From Octopus sinensis (lineage: Eukaryota): a DNA stretch of 64,000 nucleotides. This document shows, one piece after another, positions 12,471 through 25,752 of this stretch. The stretch lies in NCBI RefSeq assembly GCF_006345805.1, contig NC_042998.1, forward strand, positions 53,072,001 through 53,136,000, read 5' to 3'. The position numbers and the translations under genes are program-made. Numbering within the stretch: position 1 is the stretch's first letter; the number at the start of each line of letters is the position of its first letter. The notes under the pieces are model-generated. The model had not been told where the DNA came from. It searched no databases and saw only the letters and a list, made by a program, of their open reading frames with translations.

Positions 12471-13076
12471 GATACTTTTAACTCTTTTATTACAATGCTT
12501 CTATTGAAATACACTACATTTATCTAAATTAATTTTGAAATTAATGAAGAATTTAGTAAAATGTCTGTCATTATTGAGAAGGTGTTTGAAGCGTAAATTA
12601 ACATGAAATTTTGAATACTTTAAAACAGGAAGTTTGTATCATAGAACCAGAGTAGTCTCAGATGAAGCAGTATCAAAAGTCTGCAAGGAGTGCAAGGAAT
12701 TAACCTGGTGTATAGAATAAAGCAGAAATTGTAACATATAAGAGAGTGATTAATTGAAGTAGGATGAAAGGGAAACAGTTTAAAATAAATGACAAACCAA
12801 GTTAATACAAGTAACTGCCAAATTCTAAACAACTGAAGTACTACAATCAATAAGAGCATTAGGGGTGTTAAAATATTTTTGAAACTAATGACATAAGCCA
12901 CTAAGAGGTGAAAACAACAGAACACTGAAAGTCACTTATGATGACAAAAGTAGATGCTGTGTTGTTATATATAATAAGATGTATATCATATCATATATAA
13001 CAATATAGGAAAATATATCCAATAAAAAAAAAGAAAGCTGATATAATTTGAAAAGAACATTTTTAGCTTGACGTAA

Positions 13077-13433
13077 CACTTTTGCATATAAACCAGCCAT
13101 ATCCAGCCCAAATATTCTACTGGTGTTATGTTCAAATCAACCAGATCTGGCCTCTTATATTTAGCCAACAATGTCATTCTAAAAATAAACAATTACATCA
13201 TTGAAATCTCAAGGCTTCAGGATAATGCATGATTAGTTCAAAAACCACTGTGAATAAATAAGCATCACATTTGCTAGAGCAATCTGAATGCTAAAGGGTT
13301 AAACCAGCCATATCCAACCTGAATATTCTACCAGTTTTATGCTCAAATCAGCCATATCTGGCCTCTCATACCTACCCTACAATGTGAATTAATAAGCATT
13401 ACATTTGATAGAGTAATCAGAACAGTAAAGGGT
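13077..13433. mobile_element. piggyBac-type MITE family F, one full plus one partial tandem copy
   Basis: Ends CTGAATGCTAAAGGG-TTAA at 13298-13302; body matches 32772-32990. Confidence 0.7.
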
Positions 13434-13714
13434 CAAAGTAGCATGAGTTACAGTCACACGTACACATCAATGCACATTGAAAGGACGAAGGTATGAAACA
13501 GGCAATTTTACTGAATAGACAGGCAATGTATATTCTGATACATTCTTGGCATAAAGTGCTTCAGAATAATTTCACAAGACAGACAGGGAAAGAGCAGTTC
13601 AATAAGTGTGAAAAAGTTAGGCTTCATAGAAAAGATGGTGAAGAACTGGGATGCAAAGAAATATGCTGTTCTACAAAAAGAAAAAAGAAAGCACCTGAAG
13701 GATGCTTCTACATG

Positions 13715-13960
13715 TAAATGACAATAACAGAGATGGTAAAGATAAAAATGGTGACAGTGACTGTGAAGAAATAGCAATGGTGGCGATGAAGAGAATAATG
13801 ATGATGATGATGGTGGTGGTGATGGAGACGATGGTGGTGGAGGTGATGATGATGATGACGGAAACGACAGCAATGGTGAAGATAACAAGGATAGCAATGA
13901 TGATAATGATGAGGATGATGGTGTTGATGATGATGATAACGATGGCAATGATGATAATAT
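13715..13960. repeat. degenerate (GAT/GGT/AAT)n trinucleotide repeat
   Basis: Visible directly; source of poly-M and poly-S ORFs. Confidence 0.85.
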
Positions 13961-14455
13961 ACGTTTCTGTGTTATAAGCGACAATGAAATAACATTTTCT
14001 GACTTACAAAACATTTTGTGTGCATGTGTATGGATATGATGTCTGTGTGTGTATGCATATGCAGGTGTATGTGTATATATGTGTGTGTGTGTGTGTGCAT
14101 GTGTGTGTATGTGGTATGTTGGCATGCACAAAAGTGCATTTTAAGCTGTTTCCTTTACCTATGTTTGTTGTGTGTCCAGTGAGCCCTTAGATATGTGAAC
14201 ATACTATGAAACCTAAAACGGAGCATCTACAATGTATTTATTTCTGAAATGAAGTGAAAGGATACAATCAAAAAAGTAAAAGAAGACAAAAATAAAGAAG
14301 AAAAGATCAAGTATTAAAAAAAAAAGAAGTAAAGCAAGTGATGAAGGAAATATGAATAAAGACGCTTCCTTCATTGCTTTCCACTGAGGAAAGTAATTGA
14401 ATTTGCCAACTTAAGCAAAGAAAATAAATAGAAAGAAGGAAGATTGGAACCCATA

Positions 14456-14514
<59 letters not shown>

Positions 14515-15600
14515 TCATATTTACCATTATCCCACTCCCTCGTTATTGTGTGTGTGTGTGTGTGTGAGTGCAACTGCAGATAGTATTTATATATGCATAC
14601 ACACATACAGATTAATGAGAAGGAAAAAGAGAAAGAAAGACTTGCATACGTGTTTATAAAGATCAATACAATAAATAAATCATTAATGTTCACAGTTCAA
14701 TAGTTTAATTTCTGGTACTGAGTTCAGATTCCAAGAAAAATCCAAAGCAAGATTGAATCCATACTTGAAATCTATTTACCATTTCTTCTCTTCTGAAACC
14801 TTATTTTTCAAGGTAATTTCTCTATATGTGAGATTTACTAACAACACTATGCTAGTTTCATAGGGATTATATGTTATATACCAATGCATGGTTTTGCTCA
14901 AAACATTTGAAACATCTAAAAGCTTTTATGCATCTCTTTAACATTAGTGAGTACCTGTACAGTTTATATACAACCAGATCTCAAAAAGATCTGCTGCACT
15001 GTGTCCCATATTTGTGGTTCTTCATCATTAAGAACTTTGTTTAAAGGAATGCAATTTTATAGTCAAGAATTTAATTATGACTGACATGAGTACCTCTTGA
15101 AGAAGTTGTTAATCCATCGCTTCTACCCAACTCTTGGAGTAAAATTTTTTCTGTCAGACAGTGCCATAGCTGCATGTATCAACAGAGTTCTTTTCATTAA
15201 CCTCAGTTAATGGGTCTCATACTTGCATGCAGGCCCATGCAAAGGTGGTAATAGGCCTAAGGCTAATGTGATATATAGACTCCATTTCAAACAACGTATC
15301 AAGTATTTTAGTAATCAATGCTAAATACATATGATCTCTAGGAATAGGTTGGATGTGACAAAACAGAATAAATGAACTAGAATGTTTTATAAGAAAACTG
15401 AATTCTGTACCAAAGGGACCCTTCCATTTGCCTCTAACCAGCAGGAGAAAAGTTTCCCCAAAATAATAAACTCATACCTACTGGCCAACCTGCCCCTACC
15501 ACACTATCTACTCAGGCCTGCTTTCCTGGTTTGGATAAGTCTTGAAATATTTTACTTCATGTGATAATATATATAAACTGCATGGTAAAGAAGTTTTCTA

Positions 15601-16043
15601 GACACAGGTGTGGCTCAGCGGTTAAGAGGTTTGCTTCCCAACCACATGGTCATGGGTTCAGTCTCATCATGTGGAACCTTAGACAAGTGTCTTCTACTAT
15701 AGGCTCAGGTTGACCAAAGCCTAGGGAGTGGATTTGAGAAATTGATAGAAGCTCGTCATGTGTGTGTATGTGTGTGTGAATGAATATGTATGTATGTATG
15801 TATGTATATATGTGTGAGTGCATGTTTGTCTCATTGTCTTAACATCATGTGATCATTGTAATATCATTCATTTCCATTGCAATCAGTAAAATTCCAGGCC
15901 ATGGGGAAATATTACATTGATTGGAAATAAGTAAGGGCTGTTTAACAGGAAGGGTATCTGAATGTTGAGAAATCTACCTCAGTAAACTCTATTTGACCCA
16001 TGCAAGCATGGCTAAGTGTATGATAAATCAATGATGATGATGA
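15601..16043 (+). mobile_element. SINE with family A head and RTE-type (family D) tail
   Basis: Family A head to ~15760, then AGGAAGGGTATCTG...GACCCATGCAAGCATGG...GATGATGATGAT tail. Confidence 0.65.
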
Positions 16044-17559
16044 TTTTTTACAATTAGATACCCAGTGACATAATAAAATGCACCCAATCCACACAGAAAA
16101 ATGGTTGGTTCTATGAAAGGTATCCAGCCGTAAAAACCATGCCCCAAAAGGAGAAGACCAAATGAAAGAAATGTGTAGACCATAAATTACATTGCAGGCA
16201 ATAGGTCTAGGAAGATGGTAATTCTAAATAAGAACTGACACAAGGGCAAAGGGTCCCTTTAAATAAAGTGTGAAAAAACTTTCTGGAATATACATGTTTT
16301 AATTCTTCATATGCACATTCTTGTACATATTCTTTTAATTTTTTTCCTTTTTTGTTACTGTACTGCAATATAAAATTTATTACCTCACAGTAAATAAAAT
16401 ATTGAAAGGCAAAAGTATAGCACAAATATAATATATCTGATTTATTGCATGCTTTCCTCTCCCACGTATATGAGCATAAGCAAAAATGTCTTGTAGTATA
16501 AATAGCAAAGGAAAGTGTAAAACCAGAAAGTTGCTTTAGAGTAAACAAATGTACAAATGGCATCAAAACATCAATTTGGTTCCTGAAAACTCAGTAGAAT
16601 AATCTTATTGGAATCAGAATACAAAGAAATTCTGCCTTATCAATACTAACAGCACCCTGGGTACTAGATAACATCTAATAAAACCTAAATTTAACTAATC
16701 ATACAAACTCTATTACAAACCAAACCAAAAGGTAAACTCCATGTGAGCTAATAAATGAACCTCTACTTATGCACTCCACCGGCTAGAAATGACAGCCAAA
16801 ATCTTCTTCATATCCCACTGTACCAATTTATGAGAAAGGACGTATTTGGATGTGTCATAATTATATCATGCCCCTAAAATAAAATGACAAGAATTTTGAG
16901 AATGGCATGGCTACAATCATGGATGTTCGCTGTAATGAAACAACTGTCAGCGACAACAACAACTATAAACTATTCAAATTAATCTCTTTGCAACATGCAT
17001 GACAAACTGCCTATTCACAATATCCATTGTCCATTTTACTTGGCAACAGTTTGTTGAAATCTATTCTGCTACAGCAACTATATGTCCAAACACTTGTGGA
17101 TATATAGCTGTGTTATCAATGAAAAACAATGCTGGTTTCAAGTTATTATCACTCCTATTCTTAACAAATGAAGCAAAAAAGACAAATCAATATCAATTTC
17201 TTTTCTAAATCCAGAGCTAAATTTGCATGATAAATCCCAAGGAAGTAAAGTAATCAGGCTCAAACTAAATCTAGCTTGCTTGGTTCCACAACAATCTGTG
17301 CCCCACCCATTACTATACATACTGTCTTATATCTGCAAAACACATCTCTTATTGTATGAGTCAATGAGGAAACTTATACCTGGGTGCTCGACCCGCCAGA
17401 AATAGCAGTCAGATTTCTCTATCTTAAAGACAAAAATGAAAAACAAGGATGCAACGAACAAAGTAACTCTGGATATACTACATGCTAAGAAAAAAGATGG
17501 AATGGTCATGGCTGGAACCATTTTTGAATAAGCCAATGAAACATTAGGGTAAAAAGGTA

Positions 17560-17842
17560 AAGGTCATGAATGACCATAGGATTGCACCGAGAAAGTTCTT
17601 CTCTGAGGCACAAATCCGGGCAAAATTGTTTATGGAAGTCTAGCTATTACCCATGCATACCAGCCTCCCTTCTCTATGCCACCAATGTTATCAAAAGGAA
17701 AGGCAAAAGCTGATACAGCTTGGCACCAGTGGTGTCACAAATCATTTCTACAGTTGAGTGAACTGGAGCAACATGAAATAAAAGGTCTTGCTTAAGAACA
17801 CAACACACATCTTGGCCCAGAAATCGAACTCACTACCTCGTA
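17560..17842 (-). mobile_element. SINE family B
   Basis: Reverse complement of 9941-10279. Confidence 0.8.
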
Positions 17843-17925
17843 ATTCTGAGCTCAGAATGTAAAAACAAATGAAATGCTAACAAACATTTGTCTGGTGTAC
17901 TAACAATTCTACCAGCTTGCCACCT

Positions 17926-18328
17926 TAATAATAATGATAATAATAATAATAATAATAATAATAGTAGTAGTAGTAGTAGTAGCAATAATAATAATAGTAG
18001 TAGTAGTAGTAGTAGCAATAATAATAATAATAATAGTAGTAGTAGCAATAATAATAATAATAGTAGTAGTAGTAGTAATAATAGTAGTAGTAGTAGTAGT
18101 AATAATAGTAGTAGTAATAATAATAATAATAGTAGTAGTAGTAATAATAGTAGTAGTAGCAGTAGTAATAATAATAATAGTAGTAGTAATAATAATAATA
18201 ATAGTAGTAGTAGTAATAATAGTAGTAGTAGCAGTAGTAATAATAATAATAGTAGTAGTAATAATAATAATAATAATAATAGTAATAATGATAATAGTAA
18301 TAATAATCATAACAACAACAATAATAAT
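17926..18328. repeat. compound (AAT)n/(AGT)n microsatellite
   Basis: ~400 bp of alternating AAT and AGT blocks. Confidence 0.95.
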
Positions 18329-19059
18329 TGGTGTCATCTGGAAAGTAATAATTGCTCTTGCTTTTTCTTTGATTTGTTCATTGTTTTATAATGTAACATT
18401 TTATCTAAGATCAATATATTCATTCAGTCTGTAGCAAATAGATTTAAGTATGTTGTAGTTGCTGGCGTTTTTAGTGGGGCACTAATTACTTCTGCCTGCA
18501 GTGGCTTATTGCAAGGACGAAGTCAGTTAAGTGTTTACAAGTAGATTATACATTGAATTCACTAGTCATACCACACATCATTTAGGGTAGAAGTTCAATT
18601 TTCAAAATTCATCATGCATCTTCTGCAATCGGTGAGATGGAATGTAACAGTCTGTTTGCTGTCCATCTTATTTTGGTATAACCAAATTTTGTTGCTGTTT
18701 TTTATCCTCAGTTCAGTTCTGACAGGACAAACCTCGAAACAGTAATTCCAGTTGTAACATCCTTGTCTGTTTTTCAGAAATATATAAAAATACATTGTTT
18801 TAATGTTTCCTTGACTTATTCAAAAATGTTTCCAGCCATGACCATCCCTCTTTTTTAAGCATGCTGTATATCTAGAGTTATTTTGTTCTTTATATTATTA
18901 TTTTCGTTTGACTTTGCCTTTCATCTTTTCAGAGTTGATAAAATAAGCACCAGTTGAACACTGGGGGTTCAATGTAACTGACTACCTCTACCCTCAAAAT
19001 TGCAGGTCCTGTGCCTATAATAAAAAGGATTATTCATCATCATCATCATTATAATTATC

Positions 19060-19718
19060 ATGCTGATGTGGCCATGACAGTGCTACCTGAATGGCACTCA
19101 TGCCAGTAGAACGTTAAAAGCACATCTGAACATGGAGTGTAACCAGCCAACTTATGAGTACCCCTCATTCATTAGACAATGAACTTTGCTTGCGAAGACC
19201 TATTGAGGCAAGTTTAAACAAATCAAAATTGCTGACATGGCCAATGACAGTACCACTTGATTGGCCCTTGTGCCAGTGGAACATTAAAAGCATATCCAAG
19301 TGTGATTGTTGCCAGGGCCACAGATTGGCTCCTGTGCTGGTGACATGTGAAAAGCATCTTTTGAAAGTTATCATTGTCAGTGTTGCCTTACTGGCACATG
19401 TGCCAGTGGAATGTGAAAAACAACATTCGAGCGTGTTTACTGCCAGTGCCACCAGACTGGCTCCCATGCAGGTAGCATGTAAAAATACCCTTTGAGCATG
19501 GTCGTTGCTAGAACCGCCTGACTGGCCCTCATGCCGGTGGCATGTAAAAAGTACCCACTGCACTCCAGAGTGGTTGGCGTTAGGAAGGGCATCTAGCTGT
19601 AGAAACTTTGCCAGATCAGATTGAGCCTGGTGCAGCCTCTAGCTCACCAGTCCACAGTCAAACCGTCCAACCCATGCCAGCTTAGAAAGCAGACATTAAA
19701 CGATGATGATGATGATGA
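19060..19718 (+). mobile_element. family D retroposon (RTE-like 3' tail) with internal ~55-bp subrepeats
   Basis: Repeated GTGCC(A/G)GTGG(A/C)A(C/T)GTNAAAAGCA units, then GGTTGGCGTTAGGAAGGGCATC...CCAACCCATGC...(GAT)n. Confidence 0.8.
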
Positions 19719-19719
19719 C

Positions 19720-20397
19720 ATTGCACAATATCCAATATTGTGATGTTGTAGATTGAAGAGGTTTTGTGTACCAGAGATTTTTACTGTCTGTCAAGTCACA
19801 ACAAGGACCTCAGTCAGACAGTACTTTATGCAATATGCATGCAGTTCCAAGTAAAGCCAAGCTTCAGAACCTTTTTGTTTGAACAGAAGGCTGTGTTGAG
19901 TGTTTGGTGCAACTTTGAGAAGGTGTTACATTTGAGCTTGTCCCAGACGGTCATGTGAACACTCATATTTATGTTCAAAAACTGCAGTGAGTATATGATA
20001 CTTTGAAAGCAGACTACTTGGCATTGGTCAATGAAAAACACACTCCCACAGTATAGCAATGTACCAGTATACAATGCCAATGTGACCAATTGGAAACTTA
20101 AGGAATTTGAGGGGCTGACCCTGTCTACAGTCTAGACGTTGCACTATTAGATAACCACCCTTTCTGAGACATGGCAAATTCCCTGCATGAACAGAGGTTC
20201 AGTGATGTGGATGAGATTAAAAATATGTTGAAAGGATTTTTTTGCCTCTAAACCAGCCAAATGGTATAAAATGATGGCAACAGACAATAGAATATGATGG
20301 TATATATTTTGATGAATAAATACTTTTTGTGTGTAATTTGTTGGAACTATTAATTGAAGCTTGAAATATGAAAAAACTTTTGACTCAACATGGTTTA
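19720..20397 (+). pseudogene. mariner (D,D34D) transposase fossil, catalytic C-terminal half
   Basis: KAVLSVWCNFEKVLH-FELVPDG, YVQKLQ*VYDTLK, VYSLDVALLDNHPF*DM (cf. YSPDLAPSDYHLF), EQRFSDVDEIKNMLKGFFASKP, RWQQTIEYDGIYFDE*. Confidence 0.85.
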
Positions 20398-21499
20398 TAC
20401 ACAGAGAAATACACACACATATATGTACACACGCACACACACACATATATATATATATGTGCATATATATGTATATACACACATATATACATGTATATAT
20501 ACTCACACACATGCACATATATATATATATATGTATTTAATATGTGTGTGTGTCCATGTGTACTTGATCACTGAGCTGTAAACACCATTTGTTCAATATT
20601 TATCTTATAAGATCCCAATATAATAGAATGACCCAAAACCATCACCACCACCGTCGCCATCACCACCACCCCCTTTTAATCTGAAGCTGGCTTCTAACAA
20701 TGCTGAAAGATTAGCCAACAAATTGCTATAATTGCTTTTGTTACCCAGGTGACCTCATTAGCAGTGAAGGAGGGTGAATGGACAAAGAGCATAGTAGAAG
20801 CATAATAAAAATGGGAGTGCAAAAAGTTCAGGGAATAGAAGGCACCTGTTCAAGGTTCCACACAAGGGGACCGACACTTCCCTGATCCTCAACTAGAGTT
20901 TATCAAATCACAGCAGATCAACATTTGCAAGCAGTTATTATTGTATACTTCACAATAAGAGGAAAACCATGTTAAACTAAAAAAACACTTTTATTTCTCT
21001 ATGCTATTTTGTGTTTTGATGTGCAATGTTATATACTTTCAGATTGCAGATTTCCTAAGATCAATTGTAAACAGAGCACTATAATTACTGAACAAGATAC
21101 ACGAAGTTGGTTTGTATATCTAACATATAGCAGAGTAAAAGAGCAAGTGTAAATATTTGTAAAATTGTGCTTAGAAATTTCTTCTTTTGTATTGTTTTGT
21201 TCTTTTTTTTCTTCCCAAACTAGCAAGCACGAAGAATATGACTGACTATGTATGTATATGTATTCTATCTTTTACTTGTTTCAGTCATTTGACAGTGGCT
21301 ATGCTGGGGCACCATCTTTAATCGAATAAATCGACCCCAGGACTTATTGCTTGTATGCCTAGTACTTATTCTATCGGTTTTCTTTTGCTGGACTATTAAG
21401 TTTAAAGTGAAAATGAACATCTGTTTTGTCCATTTTCGCATGCATTGATTTATAGTAAAAAACAAAAGGATCACATATATATGTGAGTGTACATGCATG

Positions 21500-21665
21500 T
21501 GTGTGTGTATATATATATATAAACAAATATATATATGTATACATATATAAACAAATATATATATATAAACAAATATATATATATGTAAGCAAATATATAT
21601 ATATAAACAAATATATATATAAACAAATATATATATAAACAAATATATATATATATATATATATA

Positions 21666-21718
<53 letters not shown>

Positions 21719-21897
21719 GTTAGGAAGGGCATCCAGCTGTAGAAACACTGCCAGATCTGACTGGGCCTGATGAAGCCTTCCAGCTTCACAGACCCCAGTT
21801 GAACCGTCCAACCCATGCTAGCATGGAAAGCGGACGTTAAACGATGATGATGATGATGATGATATATATATATATATATAACAAATATATATATATA

Positions 21898-21938
<41 letters not shown>

Positions 21939-21982
21939 TATATATATAAACAAATATATATATATTATATATATATATATAT

Positions 21983-22015
<33 letters not shown>

Positions 22016-22060
22016 GAGAGAGATAGATAGATAGAGAGATAGATAGATAGAGATATATAC
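21500..22060. repeat. (TA)n / ATAAACAA(AT)n / (GATA)n microsatellite complex containing a family D tail (21714-21862)
   Basis: Direct inspection. Confidence 0.85.
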
Positions 22061-22061
22061 T

Positions 22062-22230
22062 ATTGTGTCTGGGGAGAGTGATTTTCTTTTTGTGCCTTAT
22101 AATTTAACAGATTCACTGGTAAAATTTCCACTTATTTCTTATTTTTATTTTCCTAAAACTTTTGTTGAGTCTTGCAACCTTTTCAATAGTCTTGACTCTG
22201 TCTGTTATTTACACTGCGTTACTTTTCATT
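22062..22230. mobile_element. dispersed repeat (probable Penelope pLTR fragment), same family as the 50982-51166 palindrome
   Basis: TGTGTCTGGGGAGAGT..TTTTC...ACTGGTAAAATTTCCACTTATTTCTTATTTTTATTTTCCT shared with 50988-51078. Confidence 0.6.
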
Positions 22231-22596
22231 TGTTTGTGTGCATGTGTATGGGTCAGTGTGCACAGTACAGCCAGATGCAGATGAAATGCATGCTTTAGAG
22301 TTACCACCAAAATTCACTACATATAAAAAGGTAAAAAAAATTGATTGTCTGTCTGAAACTGAAAAAACGTTCTTAAAATTAAGGTGGAGGTTAGGATAAT
22401 ACAACATGGGTTGATTCATTCAACTAAAATTTCTTAAGGTAGTGCTTACAGCTAAATGATTAAAACAAGTACAAGATAAAATATAAAACAAATACTCTAT
22501 ATTCCATATTCATACTATATATATGAGTACATATATGTACGTCTATACTACACACACACACACACGCACATATATATATATACTATACATGTGTAA

Positions 22597-22920
22597 AGGC
22601 ACATGGTTCAGTGGTTAGAGTATCGAGCTTATGATTGTGAGGTTGTAAGTTCGATTCCCGGACCGAGCTGTATGTTGTTCTTGAGCAAGACACTTTATTT
22701 CACATTGGTCCAGTTAACTCAGTTGTAGAAATGAGTTGCGACATCACATGTACAAAGTTGTATCAGCCTTTCCCTTGGACAACATCAGTGGTGGGGAGAG
22801 GGGAGGCTGGTATGCATGGGCAACTGGTGGTCTTCCATAAACAACCTTGCTCAGACTTGTGCCTCAGAGGGTAAATTTCTAGGTGCAATCCGATGGTCAT
22901 TCATGGTCAAAAGTGGTCTC
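22597..22920 (+). mobile_element. SINE family B
   Basis: Head TGGTTCAGTGGTTAGAG...GTTCGATTCCCGGACCG and full body. Confidence 0.85.
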
Positions 22921-23085
22921 CTCACTATACATTAATATAACAAAACTATCTGACGAACGGGAATGTGAATCACTGAGTAACAGTTTGGGGGATATTTTTG
23001 CTGCTTTTTAATAAAGCATATTACTCTACCTCTGGTATTCGAGTACTATTTTTCTCACTTTGTTTCACATTTATGTGCTAACTTT

Positions 23086-23127
<42 letters not shown>

Positions 23128-23157
23128 TCTACACATGTGTATATATATATATATGGG

Positions 23158-23282
23158 TCATGGGTTCAGTCCCACTGCGTGGCACCTTGGGCAAGTGTCT
23201 TCTACTATAGCCTCATGATGACCAAAGCCTTGTGAGTGGATTTGGTAGATGGAAACTGGAAGATACCCATCATATATATGTC

Positions 23283-23328
<46 letters not shown>

Positions 23329-23542
23329 TATGTGTTTGTGTGTCTGTGTTTGTGACCCCAACATCATTTGACAACCGATGCTGGTGTGTTTATGTCCCCA
23401 TAACTTAGCGGTTTGGCAAAAGAGACTGATAAAATAAGTACTAGGGTTACAAAGAATAAGCTCTGGAGTCGATTTGCTCAACTAAAGGCGGTGCTCCAGC
23501 ATGGCCACAGTCAAATGACTGAAACAAGTAAAAGAATAAAAG
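23158..23542 (+). mobile_element. SINE family A (5'-truncated)
   Basis: GGGTTCAGTCCCACTGCGTGGCACC...TGAAACAAGTAAAAGAATAAAAG. Confidence 0.9.
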
Positions 23543-23613
23543 AACAGGTTGCTAACATCTGTCATCAAAATCTGTCCATTGAAATCAAACCATACCAATA
23601 CAAATAACAATAT

Positions 23614-23821
23614 ACTCTTTTACTTGTTTCAGTCATTTGACTGCGGCCATGCTGGAGTACCGCCTTTAGTCGAGCAAATCGACCCCGGGACTTATTCTTT
23701 GTAAGCCCAGTACTTATTCTATCGGTCTCTTTTGCCGAACCGCTAAGTGACGGGGACGTAAACACACCAGCATCGGTTGTCAAGCAATGCTAGGGGGACA
23801 AATACAGACACACAAACATAT

Positions 23822-23852
<31 letters not shown>

Positions 23853-24013
23853 CGACAGGCTTCTTTCAGTTTCCGTCTACCAAATCCACTCACAAGGCAT
23901 TGGTCGGCCCAGGGCTATAGCAGAAGACACTTGCCCAAGATGCCACGCAGTGGGACTGAACCCGGAACGATGTGGTTGGTTAGCAAGCTACTTACCACAC
24001 AGCCACTCCTGCG
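23614..24013 (-). mobile_element. SINE family A (young, full length)
   Basis: CpG-rich reverse complement of 25100-25500. Confidence 0.9.
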
Positions 24014-24663
24014 CGTATATATATTAAATAAACAAATAAGAAAAATAGATAATAGTACTAATTCAAAAATATTTTTTCTTCTAAAATGTGACAATAAACA
24101 AAAACAGAGGAAAAAATAAAATTTAAAATATACATATACATTAAAAATAAACATAATACAATTGGTGAATAAAAAAGAACAACAATAAAAATCCCCACAA
24201 GACTTCTAATTTCTAATGACAGTAGAAAGATATTGGTTTTAGCTGGCAGATATTTTGTTTTATGTATTAATTCAGACATTAACAATTCTGAAGGATTTTT
24301 AGACAATCTTCAATAGAAATCACAGAAGAGAGCCAATTACTGACTTCTATGTTTTCCAACAGAGAAGATGTCAATTAATGAGGAAGCTTATAATCAAAAG
24401 AAATAGCAGGAAAGAAAAAAAAAACAACAACAAAAAACAAACAAAAGACAAAGATATGATAGAATATGATAAATGAATAAATAAATAACGGGTAAATGAC
24501 AGGATAAGTAAAAATAAATAAAAGAAACATTTCATGGGGGGTATACATGATTATAGGTATGTGTGAATTGATAATTAGATGAGAAGCTAACTTTTGACTA
24601 CTATTTCACTCACACCACAGACTACAACAAATAAAAAATAAATAAATATAAAAAAAACACAGG

Positions 24664-25080
24664 TGAAGGCATGGCTGTGTGGTAAGAAGTTTGCTTTCCA
24701 ACCTTGTAGCTCTGTGTTCAGTCCCAGTGAATGGTACCTTAGTCAACTGTCTTCTACTATAGCCTCAGGAGCCAAACAAATCTTTGTGAATGAACCTGGT
24801 AGGATGGCAACTGAAAGAAGCATTTTGTGTGTAAATATATATATGTGTGAGCATGTGTGTGTTGTCTTTGTGTCTGTGTTAGAGTGTGTATCTTTGTGCC
24901 TATATGAAAGTGTGTGTCATTGTGTTTGTTCCCCTATCACTGCTTGACAGCTAGTGTGTGTTTGCTTACAACCTTATAACTTAATGGTTCAGCAAAAGGG
25001 ACCAACAAAGTAAGTACCAAGACTAAAACCTTTCATAAAGGTGTCCCAGCGTGGCCATAGTCCAGTGATAGAAAAGATAA
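24664..25080 (+). mobile_element. SINE family A (old)
   Basis: Diverged head and tail. Confidence 0.75.
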
Positions 25081-25099
25081 CGATAAATGATACATAATA

Positions 25100-25500
25100 G
25101 GTGCAGGACTGGCTGTGTGGTAAGTAGCTTGCTTACCAACCACATGGTTCCAGGTTCAGTCCCACTGTGTGGCACCTTAGACAAGTGTCTTCTACTATAG
25201 CCTCAGGCCGACCAAAGCCTTGTGAGTGGATTTTGGTAGGGAGAAACTGAAAGAAGCCCGTCGTATATGTGTGTGTGTGTGTGTGTTTGTGTGTCTGTGT
25301 TTGTCCCCCCAACAACGCTTGACAACCGATGCTGGTGTGTTTATGTAACCGTAACTTAGCGGTTCGGCAAAAGAGACCGATAGAATAAGTACTAGGCTTA
25401 TAAAGAATAAGTCCTGGGGTCGATTTGCTCGACTAAAGGCGGTGCTCCAGCATGGCCACAGTCAAATAACTGAAACAAGTAAAAGAGTAAAAGAGAGAGT
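25100..25500 (+). mobile_element. SINE family A (full length)
   Basis: A-box-like TGGCTGTGTGGTAAG, B-box-like GGTTCAGTCCC, tail (GTAAAAGA)n. Confidence 0.9.
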
Positions 25501-25752
25501 AATGGATAAACCAGAAGTAAAGAAGTTTCATAATCATAATATATTAGTAAAAATAGTCATGAAAAGTCTATTGCATGTAGGTATATACTGCTAACATACA
25601 TAAAATTAAATATTGATCTCTCAGTCTGTCTAGGAATCATTATCAATGTCATCATCTAGCTGCTGTAGCAGGCAAAGAGCACTGTGTATTGCAAGACTTT
25701 AGTCTGTGAGGTTGCTGCTCTGTAGCTAGAATAACTCATTTTCATCAGAATA

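Noticed and set aside
13508-14131. 207-aa Ser/Pro-rich ORF; Met-rich and Asp-rich frames on the plus strand
   Set aside because: Degenerate GAT/GGT repeat with no splice or homology support; not reflectin-like
17833-18434. Long poly-N/S, poly-I/V and poly-L ORFs
   Set aside because: Translations of a trinucleotide microsatellite
19060-19560. CRISPR-like spaced repeats in family D elements (also 53540-53900)
   Set aside because: Degenerate tandem subrepeats with mutually similar spacers, eukaryotic context, no cas genes
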